Counted from the stretch's first letter, positions 10,775 through 19,124 are shown. The stretch is DNA of 24,000 bases from Bacteroidota bacterium (GCA_043769905.1 JAYVIW010000080.1:41942-65941); one strand, 5' to 3'. Notes: generated by a model not told the origin, from the sequence alone. Numbers and translations are program-made.

Positions 10775-11311
10775 ATGAAAAATTTAATGTTAGCATTTGC
10801 AATATTTAATTTATTGTTAGCTGGCTGTAACAATAATAAAAGCTTAGAAAAATATTTTGTTAACAATACCAATAACCCAAACTTTATTCAAGTTGATGTT
10901 GCACCAAGTATTTTAAATCTAAATACAACACAACTTACAGAAGAGCAGAAAACAGCTTTACAATCATTTAACAAAATGAATGTTTTGGCTTTTAAAATAA
11001 ATGACAAAAACAAAGCCCAATTTGGACAAGAAAGAACCAAAGTCAATGAAATTTTAAAAAACGAAAAATACCACCAATTGATGAAATTTGGTTCTGGGAA
11101 AGAAGTAGCATCAATTAGCTTTGTTGGCGAAGACGAACATATATCAGAATTTATCATTTTTGGAAACAAAGCGGATAAAGGATTTGCAATTGTCCGAATT
11201 TTGGGGCAAGACATGAACCCAAGTTCGATTATGACAATTGTTTCGGCAATGCAAAATTCAAAAATGGACATTGAGCAATTGATACCGATTATAGAAATAA
11301 TGAAACAATAA
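10775..11311 (+). CDS. DUF4252-like lipoprotein
   Basis: Lipobox FNLLLAGC; starts 5 nt after the previous gene and shares its layout. Confidence 0.75.
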   Translation: MKNLMLAFAIFNLLLAGCNNNKSLEKYFVNNTNNPNFIQVDVAPSILNLNTTQLTEEQKTALQSFNKMNVLAFKINDKNKAQFGQERTKVNEILKNEKYHQLMKFGSGKEVASISFVGEDEHISEFIIFGNKADKGFAIVRILGQDMNPSSIMTIVSAMQNSKMDIEQLIPIIEIMKQ

Positions 11312-11340
11312 AAGTATAAAAGTGAGGTTAGTTAGAAAGG

Positions 11341-11370
11341 ACGTTTGCAAATTTTGCAAGCGTTTTTTTT
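11341..11370 (+). terminator. Rho-independent terminator of the ECF-sigma/DUF4252 operon
   Basis: ACGTTTGCAAA / TTTTGCAAGCGT hairpin (one G-U) followed by TTTTTTT. Confidence 0.8.
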
Positions 11371-11402
11371 ATGTTTATTTTCTAGGAAACGATTAAGGTA
11401 AT

Positions 11403-11435
11403 AAAAAAAAAAAAAAAAAAACAGTGCTGACACTG
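11403..11435 (-). terminator. Displaced original terminator of the tRNA-Leu transcript
   Basis: Minus strand CAGTG-TCAG-CACTG followed by 19 T; lies just outside the distal att copy. Confidence 0.6.
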
Positions 11436-11451
11436 GTTTTTAATTTATTCC

Positions 11452-11466
11452 GTGACCACGGTGGGA
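11452..11466 (+). repeat. Distal att direct repeat copy (15 bp)
   Basis: GTGACCACGGTGGGA, identical to 19125..19139. Confidence 0.85.
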
Positions 11467-11605
11467 ACACTATAATACAAATTCACTATAAACTTGAAAT
11501 ACCACTGATACTTCTTAAAAGCCAATAAATTCAATATACATTTAGCAATACAAACATAATAAATGTTTCGATTAGTTTGTTTTAAATTGTATATATTTTA
11601 ATTTT

Positions 11606-11627
11606 ATCGTACATTAATCGTACAATA
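11606..11627 (+). repeat. Near-perfect tandem repeat ATCGTACATTA-ATCGTACAATA upstream of the integrase
   Basis: Two adjacent 11-mers with one mismatch, directly 5' of the TATATTTG promoter-like motif. Confidence 0.6.
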
Positions 11628-11631
11628 TTTA

Positions 11632-11639
11632 TATATTTG
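11632..11639 (+). promoter_or_regulatory. Candidate integrase promoter -7 element TATATTTG
   Basis: TAnnTTTG match 20 nt before the integrase ATG. Confidence 0.45.
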
Positions 11640-11658
11640 TATTTTCAATATTTTAAAT

Positions 11659-12930
11659 ATGGCAACTGTTAATTTTCTTTATCGTTCAACTAAAAGCAAA
11701 GCATTTTTAATCGTTCGGTTATTATATCGTTACGAAAACCAAGATTTCGTTTTTGGTGCAAATACTAAATTTGAAGTTTCAAAAGAATACTGGAGCAAAC
11801 AACACAAACAAAAACGTCCAAAAGACATTGAAATAAGCAATAAACAAACCGAAGTTAATGCTGAACTTAACAAAATTGAAAATTATATTTTAAGTAGTTT
11901 CAATAAATACAGTCCTGATGCTATAAATAAAAAATGGCTCGAAACTGAAATTGGATTTTTTTACAATCCCCAAATAGAAAATAAAACCGAAAAAATACCG
12001 ATTAATCTCGTTGAATACTTTGATTATTACATAAAACACAAAGAAAACTATCCAAGTGTTGTTTTAATTAGAAAAATAAATGTTCTAAAAAAGAAAGTTC
12101 AACGGTTGCAAAATTTTAGAAATAAACCAATTTTGATAAAAGATGTAAACAAACAATTCAAAAAAGAATTCGCTGATTATTGTGAGAAAGAAAAATACAG
12201 TAGAATTACAACCCAAAGAGATTTTGCAGAAATAAAAACAATATGTTTAGATGCACGTTCCAAAGGAATTGAAACAAGTTTAGAATTAGACAAATTGAGT
12301 TTCCCTCGCGAGAAAACAACAAATATATATTTAACCTTTGACGAATTGGAATTCATACAAAACATTGATTCTGTGAAATTAACTGAAAGTTTGAACAATG
12401 CAAAAGATTGGTTAATAATTTCTTGTTTTACAGGTCAAAGAGTTTCAGATTTTATGCGTTTCAATACCAATATGATACGTTATGAAAATATAAAAGGAAC
12501 TGACAAGGCTTTTATTGAATTTACTCAAAAGAAAACTAATAAAATAATGACTGTTCTTTTGCACCCGAAAGTTATAGAAATTTTAGAAAAAAGAAATTTT
12601 ATGTTTCCGAATCCTATTTCGTCCCAAAAATACAATGACTACATCAAAGAAGTTTGTAAATTAGCGGGCATAAATCAAACCATTACAGGAAGTAAAAAAA
12701 TCGAAACTGAACCCAACAGCAAAGAGTACCGCAAACAATCTGGAACATTTGAAAAATGGAATTTAGTTTCAAGCCATATAGGAAGACGCTCTTATGCAAC
12801 TAATTTTTATGGAATAATTCCAGATACTTTTTTGATGAATGTTACAGGACATACAACTCAAGCAATGTTCCTTTCCTACATTGGCAAAAGCAATAAAGAT
12901 ATTGCAGTTGGGATGGCTGATTATTATTAA
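11659..12930 (+). CDS. Tyrosine recombinase/integrase
   Basis: Catalytic-domain motifs FTGQRVSD, SHIGRRSYATN, TGHTTQAMFLSYIG; arm-binding and SAM-like N-terminal layout typical of Bacteroidota elements. Confidence 0.95.
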   Translation: MATVNFLYRSTKSKAFLIVRLLYRYENQDFVFGANTKFEVSKEYWSKQHKQKRPKDIEISNKQTEVNAELNKIENYILSSFNKYSPDAINKKWLETEIGFFYNPQIENKTEKIPINLVEYFDYYIKHKENYPSVVLIRKINVLKKKVQRLQNFRNKPILIKDVNKQFKKEFADYCEKEKYSRITTQRDFAEIKTICLDARSKGIETSLELDKLSFPREKTTNIYLTFDELEFIQNIDSVKLTESLNNAKDWLIISCFTGQRVSDFMRFNTNMIRYENIKGTDKAFIEFTQKKTNKIMTVLLHPKVIEILEKRNFMFPNPISSQKYNDYIKEVCKLAGINQTITGSKKIETEPNSKEYRKQSGTFEKWNLVSSHIGRRSYATNFYGIIPDTFLMNVTGHTTQAMFLSYIGKSNKDIAVGMADYY

Positions 12931-12947
12931 ACTAAAGATTAAATATA

Positions 12948-13379
12948 ATGAATGAAGAAATAAAAGCATTAGTCGAATTTGCAAAAAATAGTAAAAATTC
13001 AACAAACTCAAAGTTACAAATTAATGTAGTTGATGAAAATGAAGCCGAATTTTTAGAACTAAAAACTGGTTTTAAATTATTGGGATATAAAAGAATTATT
13101 GATAAATTTAGCATCAATCACACGCTTAAAAATCACGGAAATATTAAAACAGAAGCATTGCGAGGTCAAATTGCTATTACCGACGAAGATTTTGAATTGA
13201 TACCAGAAATAATGCTTTCTAAAAACATAATTCACGCCAGTAAAAACAATATGGGTAATGATTTGATACTTTATGAAGCCATAATAGAAAACACTTTTTA
13301 TTATGTAGAAGAAGTTAGAAAAGGCAAAAAAGAACTTTGTATGACAACAATGTATAAAAGAAAACCAACCACTTTATAA
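12948..13379 (+). CDS. Putative PBECR-like (barnase-EndoU-ColicinE5/D-RelE superfamily) nuclease domain protein
   Basis: FSINHTLKNHGNIKTEALRGQIAITDEDFELIPEIM ... YYVEEVRKGKKELCMTTMYKRK resembles PBECR domains found at the C-termini of phage MuF-type proteins. Confidence 0.6.
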   Translation: MNEEIKALVEFAKNSKNSTNSKLQINVVDENEAEFLELKTGFKLLGYKRIIDKFSINHTLKNHGNIKTEALRGQIAITDEDFELIPEIMLSKNIIHASKNNMGNDLILYEAIIENTFYYVEEVRKGKKELCMTTMYKRKPTTL

Positions 13380-13558
13380 AAAAATAGTTGGTTTAAAAAT
13401 CAACGAGTTATGCTCAATTTCACCTACTCCTTACGCCCGAAACGTACTTTGATTATACAAAGATAATTATAATAACCTAAAAACAAACAACCTAACTAAA
13501 TATTTAACATTTTTTAGATTTAAACCCATCAAAACAAACTAACTATTAAATAAATCTT

Positions 13559-14527
13559 ATGATTAACGATTTTTGGAAAAACCCTAAAGTAGCAGAATAT
13601 CTTTTTTACGACACGGTCGGTATTGACAGAATAGTTGAGAAATATGGTGAATGTACAAATGATTATGAAATTAAGATTGAATATATGATTGTTGATATTT
13701 CTCTTCAATTAAAAAAAGATATAATTATAGATATTACAAGAGAAGAATATGATGATTTTATTGAAGTTCCTCAAAGAAATGTTAATCGTTGGCATAGTAT
13801 AGAATATGATGACTTTAAGGATGTTTTTAGCAATAATTTATTTACGGAGGATTTGAGATTACATATAGTTCCAAATACACAGTCAGATTTTATTTTATTA
13901 GTAAATGAGACTTTTTATAATTTTAATTTTGAAAGTCAAGCAAAAATATTTTTTAGAGAATTAATATCATATTTAACAAGATGTAAGCATCTTTTAAATC
14001 AAAATGATGCAATTTTTCAAAAAAATCCTATTCAAGAAATAGTATCAAATATTTATTCTGAAAATTATTTGGATACTATTCAAAAAATTAAAAACAATTA
14101 TAAATTAATATTTCCAGAAATAGAAAATAATTTTGGAATAGATTTAGAGATTCAAGAAACATATTCAGTATATGGTAAAATGAATAAATTTCAAGAATTA
14201 AACGAAATAAAAAAAGAAATAGATGAAAGTAGAATTTGGTTTAAAGTTGGACTTTTATTGGCAAAAGGAGAAATTCAAAAATTTATTTTGGATAATCCAA
14301 ATATAAGTTTTCCTAAAATTGCAAAGCATTTTAAAAATGAAAGTTATGAAGTATATATCAAATCAACATTACAAAATTATACTACGTCGAATACAGATAA
14401 AAACATTTACTTACATATTCATAAAATGGATTCGATTATAAAATATTGTAATTCTAATAAAATTGAAATTTGCAACGATTTTAAATTAAAATACAAAGTT
14501 CAATCTGAAAAACAGTACTTGCAATAG
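13559..14527 (+). CDS. Hypothetical protein of mobile-element type
   Basis: 322-aa ORF. C-terminal LLLAKGEIQKFILDNPNISFPKIAKHFKNESYEVYIKSTLQNYT resembles the tail domain of accessory proteins in other Bacteroidota integrated elements. Confidence 0.75.
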   Translation: MINDFWKNPKVAEYLFYDTVGIDRIVEKYGECTNDYEIKIEYMIVDISLQLKKDIIIDITREEYDDFIEVPQRNVNRWHSIEYDDFKDVFSNNLFTEDLRLHIVPNTQSDFILLVNETFYNFNFESQAKIFFRELISYLTRCKHLLNQNDAIFQKNPIQEIVSNIYSENYLDTIQKIKNNYKLIFPEIENNFGIDLEIQETYSVYGKMNKFQELNEIKKEIDESRIWFKVGLLLAKGEIQKFILDNPNISFPKIAKHFKNESYEVYIKSTLQNYTTSNTDKNIYLHIHKMDSIIKYCNSNKIEICNDFKLKYKVQSEKQYLQ

Positions 14528-14562
14528 TACGAGTACTGCCAAAACATTATTATAAACTGAAA

Positions 14563-14570
14563 TAAATTTG
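14563..14570 (+). promoter_or_regulatory. Candidate -7 element TAAATTTG for the HTH/Rep operon
   Basis: TAnnTTTG match 36 nt before the ATG; palindrome AGTAC-GA-GTACT at 14526..14537 lies upstream. Confidence 0.45.
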
Positions 14571-14605
14571 CACCAGAAAGTTACAAACCCTTTCAGCAAA
14601 TTTAT

Positions 14606-14896
14606 ATGAATACACAAGCAATCCAGTTCCTTCAGACGACTCCCGAGCAACTATCGGAGCAAATTTTCAACAATGTAAAAAGTCTTTTATTAGACTTCAA
14701 AAAATCATTATCAATTCCAGACCCAAACGAGTTGATGAGTAGGTCGCAAGTTTGCGAATATTTACAAATTGACAGTTCTACGCTTTGGACTTGGACAAAT
14801 AAAGGCAAAGTAAAAGCCTACGGAATAGGAAACCGCAGGTATTACAAGAAAAATGAGTTATTGCAATGTTTAATCCCTTTAAAAACAGTTGCATAA
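14606..14896 (+). CDS. Helix-turn-helix (HTH_17/excisionase-like) protein
   Basis: LMSRSQVCEYLQIDSSTLWTWTNKGKVKAYGIGNRRYYKKNELLQCL. Confidence 0.85.
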   Translation: MNTQAIQFLQTTPEQLSEQIFNNVKSLLLDFKKSLSIPDPNELMSRSQVCEYLQIDSSTLWTWTNKGKVKAYGIGNRRYYKKNELLQCLIPLKTVA

Positions 14897-15819
14897 TGAT
14901 AGATAATGTAAGATTACAAGTCCTAAACAAAGAAAATTTTGAAAATCATATTATCAAAAACAATGTTGTTGATTTAGTATCGCCTTTAAACACTTTTACA
15001 GGCGAAATAAACGAAAGTAGCAAAAAAGGAAAAGAACGCAACCTAGAGGTTAGAATTACGCCATATCAAGCCGTAATATTCGGTAGTTTGCATAAATATG
15101 AAAATCTTTGCAATGGAGAAACAAATCATAATTACAATGATTTTAGCTACAACCAAATCAAAGAATTAATCCCGTTTTTAACCGAACTTTTTGACATAGA
15201 AAACAATACATCATTAACCAATCTTGAAATGGGTTTTAATCTCGATTTAGACATTAGTCCAAAGTTAATAATAGATAATAATGTTTTGATGTACGACTTG
15301 AAAAGTGCTAATAAAGATTTAAAATTCAAAGGTCGTGGCGATTACAAAGAGTTTCAGAAAACTGACTATATTCTAAAGATTTACAGCAAGTCCAAACAAT
15401 ATAATCTTAAAAATCATTTAATTCGGGTTGAAATAAAAATCACTAAAAAAAGGAAATTACAAGATTTAGGAGTTTTTGAATTAGAAGATTTGTTAAATAA
15501 AGAGGTTTTACTTAATATTTTTAATTTCTTACTTAACGAATTTCAAAAAGTATTTATAATTGACGATTTCGATAATGTAAAAATCCTGATTAAAGATTTA
15601 GAAAAACTCAATAAATACACAAACCCAAATTACTGGATTAGAATAAGAAATGAAAAATCTTATAAAATTACAAAACGGTTAGAAAATGATTTTAAACTAT
15701 TGATTCGTAAATACAATTTAGGTAAAACTAAAAAAGAATTAAAGGACAAATTAGTACTCAAATTTAGTAGTTTAATGAATACCAATAATACCGATTTAGA
15801 TTGTAATAGTAAACTGTAA
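14896..15819 (+). CDS. Putative phage/plasmid replication initiator, gene II/G2P-like
   Basis: ATG at 14896 overlaps the previous stop (TAATG). Basic 307-aa protein with SLTNLEMGFNL, YILKIYSKSKQYNLKNHLIRVEIKITKKRKLQDLGVFELEDLLN, resembling G2P-type Rep proteins. Confidence 0.5.
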   Translation: MIDNVRLQVLNKENFENHIIKNNVVDLVSPLNTFTGEINESSKKGKERNLEVRITPYQAVIFGSLHKYENLCNGETNHNYNDFSYNQIKELIPFLTELFDIENNTSLTNLEMGFNLDLDISPKLIIDNNVLMYDLKSANKDLKFKGRGDYKEFQKTDYILKIYSKSKQYNLKNHLIRVEIKITKKRKLQDLGVFELEDLLNKEVLLNIFNFLLNEFQKVFIIDDFDNVKILIKDLEKLNKYTNPNYWIRIRNEKSYKITKRLENDFKLLIRKYNLGKTKKELKDKLVLKFSSLMNTNNTDLDCNSKL

Positions 15820-15852
15820 AAGGGATAAAATGCAAACTATAATACAAACAAC

Positions 15853-15879
15853 AAACCCGCCTAATTTACTAGCGGGTTT
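15853..15879. terminator. Bidirectional rho-independent terminator between convergent units
   Basis: AAACCCGC-ctaatttacta-GCGGGTTT followed by TGTTTT. Confidence 0.8.
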
Positions 15880-15883
15880 TGTT

Positions 15884-16660
15884 TTATATTAAATTATCGT
15901 CTTCTAAATTTTCTACAAGGTCTGAATATCTAATTATAAATTTTCTTGCTAACTCAAATGATTTTTGTAATCCTAACAAATTTGAATGTGAACCACCATT
16001 TAATAAAATTTTATGACATTTTTCAGTCTCCAATACAATTTCTTTTGCAATTACTTCCATTTTTTCATTTATATTATCATATGTAATTCTAACACAACAT
16101 AATATAATCTCTTTTCTTATTAATATTAATTTGTCTACATTTCGTATATCATCATATAATAAAATATGGTCAATCTCTTTAAAATAACTTTCTATAATAT
16201 CATTTAGTTCTTCTAAACATTCTTCTACTTTAGGTGAATATTTTTGCTGTTGAAATTTATTTATTACAGATTTACCTAAATTGACTCTTGAGAATATTAT
16301 GTTATTTACTAAATTACTATGATTAATAATTTGCAAACTGTCTAATTGTGATTCCAAAATCATAGTCAACTTATTTTTATTAATTTTATCGACTACTTCA
16401 AATACTTTGTCTCCGCTAATATTTAAATATGGTCGTTTTGCTAGAAAGTAAGATTTTTTAGAATTAGTTCTGTGAGTAAATATTTCAATTTCTTCCCCAA
16501 GTCTAAATACTTTATGAATTAAGGAAACACTAATTTTTTCCATATTATTTACTTCTACCTGATTGCTTATTATTTCAAAATTTCCTTCAAAATTGAAATT
16601 AGCAATAACTTTGGTATCATCGGGTAAATATCCTAATGTTCTTTTAAGAGATTCAAACAT
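15884..16660 (-). CDS. Hypothetical protein (cargo)
   Basis: 258-aa ORF, last gene of the leftward operon; no family recognised. Confidence 0.75.
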   Translation of the reverse strand: MFESLKRTLGYLPDDTKVIANFNFEGNFEIISNQVEVNNMEKISVSLIHKVFRLGEEIEIFTHRTNSKKSYFLAKRPYLNISGDKVFEVVDKINKNKLTMILESQLDSLQIINHSNLVNNIIFSRVNLGKSVINKFQQQKYSPKVEECLEELNDIIESYFKEIDHILLYDDIRNVDKLILIRKEIILCCVRITYDNINEKMEVIAKEIVLETEKCHKILLNGGSHSNLLGLQKSFELARKFIIRYSDLVENLEDDNLI

Positions 16661-16718
16661 ATAAAATTTGTTTAAGATTTAGGTAAAATAAACTCATAAA
16701 AAATTAATGCGATTGCTT

Positions 16719-16895
16719 TCACTTTTCGTTAACTATCCATTTAATCAATGATTCTGCATCATTAATAACTATACTAAAAGAACCATTTTTATTGATTACT
16801 GAAAGTAGCATTGTAATAACAAGTAGAAAAGGCACAACTGTAACAGTTAAAAACAATCTTAACAACACATACATTAAAGTTACAATATCTTTCAT
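16719..16895 (-). CDS. Small hydrophobic protein, 58 aa, absent from the ORF track
   Basis: MKDIVTLMYVLLRLFLTVTVVPFLLVITMLLSVINKNGSFSIVINDAESLIKWIVNEK; starts 2 nt after the TPR gene stop (TAAGTATG) with a long predicted TM stretch. Confidence 0.65.
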   Translation of the reverse strand: MKDIVTLMYVLLRLFLTVTVVPFLLVITMLLSVINKNGSFSIVINDAESLIKWIVNEK

Positions 16896-16897
16896 AC

Positions 16898-17320
16898 TTA
16901 TTTACAAAATTTACTATAACCTGAACAGCCATTATTATCGCCATTATCACAAGCCAATTTTAAATATTTACAACAATTTGCCATATCATTTTTTTTGCCA
17001 TAAACTATTCCGCATTTTAACATTGCTTCCGAATTATTTGGATTTAATTGCAAGGCTTTTTTATAACAAGTTAAAGCAACATCATAGTTGAGTTTCTTTT
17101 GATAAATAACACCTTTTGTATAATAAGCGTTTGAGTTGTTTGATTCAATACTTATTGACTTGTTGATGTAAATAATTGCATTATCTAAATCGTTCGTTTC
17201 AATTGAATTAACTGCGGATTTATAATAAGTTTCAGCAATTGAAGTTTTTTTTGTCTGTGAATTAACGTTGTAACTTATAACAAGCAATATTATATATATT
17301 GAATTTATTATTGATTTCAT
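16898..17320 (-). CDS. TPR repeat protein with signal peptide
   Basis: AETYYKSAVNSIETNDLDNAIIYINKSISIESNNSNAYYTKGVIYQKKLNYDVALTCYKKALQLNPNN. Confidence 0.85.
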   Translation of the reverse strand: MKSIINSIYIILLVISYNVNSQTKKTSIAETYYKSAVNSIETNDLDNAIIYINKSISIESNNSNAYYTKGVIYQKKLNYDVALTCYKKALQLNPNNSEAMLKCGIVYGKKNDMANCCKYLKLACDNGDNNGCSGYSKFCK

Positions 17321-17334
17321 TTTATTATTTTTAA

Positions 17335-17730
17335 TTATGATACAAATAACTCTGAATATTGACGGTTAAAAATTTTTTCAATAGATTGATTAATTTCGTT
17401 TTGGGTCAATCCCAATATGTAACCCATTTTAGGTAAATGTTTGTATGTTATTTCTTTAAAATTTACAAACCAATCTTGAAGCATTATTGCAAATAGTGGA
17501 TTGTCAGTATCCATATTGTAACCTTCACTTTTTAAAAGTAATATGTGTTCTTTTAGACCATTATCGAACGAATCTTTTATCATCCATTCAAATTTATCAA
17601 GATTTATTTTGTGATTCTTATCAGGTAGAAAAAAATCATTATTATTTTTTGGATTTGGTTCATTTGAATTAACTTTAAAAAACAAGTATATTAAAAAAGC
17701 AACAATTGAGATTCCTAAAATTTGTAACAT
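17335..17730 (-). CDS. Hypothetical protein with N-terminal TM
   Basis: 131-aa ORF, TM segment LQILGISIVAFLIYLFF, 14 nt before the TPR gene. Confidence 0.7.
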   Translation of the reverse strand: MLQILGISIVAFLIYLFFKVNSNEPNPKNNNDFFLPDKNHKINLDKFEWMIKDSFDNGLKEHILLLKSEGYNMDTDNPLFAIMLQDWFVNFKEITYKHLPKMGYILGLTQNEINQSIEKIFNRQYSELFVS

Positions 17731-17757
17731 AAGATTTAGTTAAGTGTGTTTTTCAGT

Positions 17758-18168
17758 CTAAAAAAAGGGGGTTGTGCCTTTATATTTTTCATAAAATTTT
17801 TCGTTAAAGTTATCTATTGACAAGTCAATCGAATTTAGTATATACTGTTGGTCATCATTACTGTTGAATTTCCATTTTATATTATGAGAATCTACAAGAT
17901 TTTTCATTGTCCATATTATATTCAAATCATTAAATGCTTTTACAATGTGAAATTCTACATATACTCCCTTACCCCTTGCTGAAAGGGTAACAGAATTATT
18001 AGTTCTATTAGTAACGCTCATCTCATAATCCTTTTTAAGAGAGTTAATTAAATAGCAATACCTGTTTTCAAGTCCGCCATCATTTTTAATTTGTGTTATG
18101 TCCTTGTTAAATGCCTTGTTAAAATTAAATAAAAAAAGAATAACTACTAATGCTAAAAATATCCACAT
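17758..18168 (-). CDS. Hypothetical protein with N-terminal TM
   Basis: 136-aa ORF, TM segment MWIFLALVVILFLFNF; first gene of the leftward operon. Confidence 0.7.
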   Translation of the reverse strand: MWIFLALVVILFLFNFNKAFNKDITQIKNDGGLENRYCYLINSLKKDYEMSVTNRTNNSVTLSARGKGVYVEFHIVKAFNDLNIIWTMKNLVDSHNIKWKFNSNDDQQYILNSIDLSIDNFNEKFYEKYKGTTPFF

Positions 18169-18225
18169 AATTTTTGATTTTAATTAATATTTCAACAAAA
18201 ATAAACTTCTATAAATTCATTACTT

Positions 18226-18239
18226 TACGGGAAACCGTA
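18226..18239. promoter_or_regulatory. Candidate operator palindrome TACGG-GAAA-CCGTA between divergent XRE and cargo operon
   Basis: Perfect 5-bp inverted repeat, G+C rich relative to its surroundings. Confidence 0.35.
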
Positions 18240-18333
18240 TTGAAACGATATTTTTTAAATATTTTTAAAATATAATAAAAATTGGGAGCGAATACGCTTT
18301 CAAATGATTTTTATTTCTTATCGACCTTTGAAA

Positions 18334-18561
18334 ATGATTTCAGGGCAAACTTTTATAGAAAATTTAGGAATCCATATACGGCAAATAAGAGAACGGAAAA
18401 ACCTTTCGCAACAAAATTTAGCCGATATGTGTAACTCGCCTAAATCTACAATTGCAAGAATAGAAAGAGCCGAAATGAATACATCTATAAAAACGCTTGT
18501 AAAAATTGCAAATGCTTTAGAAATTAAGCCAAAAGAATTGTTAGATTTTCAAATAAAATAA
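18334..18561 (+). CDS. XRE-family HTH transcriptional regulator
   Basis: IRQIRERKNLSQQNLADMCNSPKSTIARIERAEMNTSIKTLVKIANALEIKPKELL. Track start is 18304; the internal ATG at 18334 is likelier. Confidence 0.9.
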   Translation: MISGQTFIENLGIHIRQIRERKNLSQQNLADMCNSPKSTIARIERAEMNTSIKTLVKIANALEIKPKELLDFQIK

Positions 18562-19080
18562 TTTTTACAGTTCAGCAAACACAACCACATACTAAACGGC
18601 TATAATCTATTAATTTACAGAAGTTTATAATTTCTTCAAACAGTCTTTATACGATATAATAGCATATATAAAGCATTATTTTAACATAGCATTTTAGTAT
18701 GGTTAATCCATATCTTTAAACCTAACGACATAATTAACATAGGAAATAAAATTATCTGTTATTCTTTTTGCTGTGCGGATTATTAATTAATATTTGTTAA
18801 TCAAATCCTTATAAGCCAATTTTAACTATAATTAACAACTTGCATAAATAACTAAAAAATTACAAGTGTATATTACTCCCGATAGTCCCAACATTGTTGC
18901 TGGACGTGTAGCAGTTTCTTTGGAGGACACCCCACTAATTTATTTGAAAAGATATTTGATAATTTCATTTTATTTTTTTTGGGGAAATATTTTTTAAAGT
19001 TTATTTTAAAGCTATGTTTATTGACTAGAAAAAAGCAAAAGCCATCAGTAATACAATAATCGTACAAATACTGAAAATAA

Positions 19081-19119
19081 AAAATCCTAACAACTTACCT
19101 ATAAAGTTATTAGGATTTT
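19081..19119 (-). terminator. Element-borne replacement terminator for tRNA-Leu
   Basis: 16-bp arms AAAATCCTAACAACTT / AAGTTATTAGGATTTT (one wobble), 7-nt loop, then TTTTTATTTT on the minus strand, starting 6 nt past the tRNA 3' end. Confidence 0.75.
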
Positions 19120-19124
19120 ACAAA

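Noticed and set aside
10888-11271. 127-aa minus-strand ORF
   Set aside because: Fully antisense to the DUF4252-like lipoprotein gene.
16792-17091. 99-aa plus-strand ORF
   Set aside because: Antisense to the TPR gene and the 58-aa ORF; low-complexity composition and no plausible motif.
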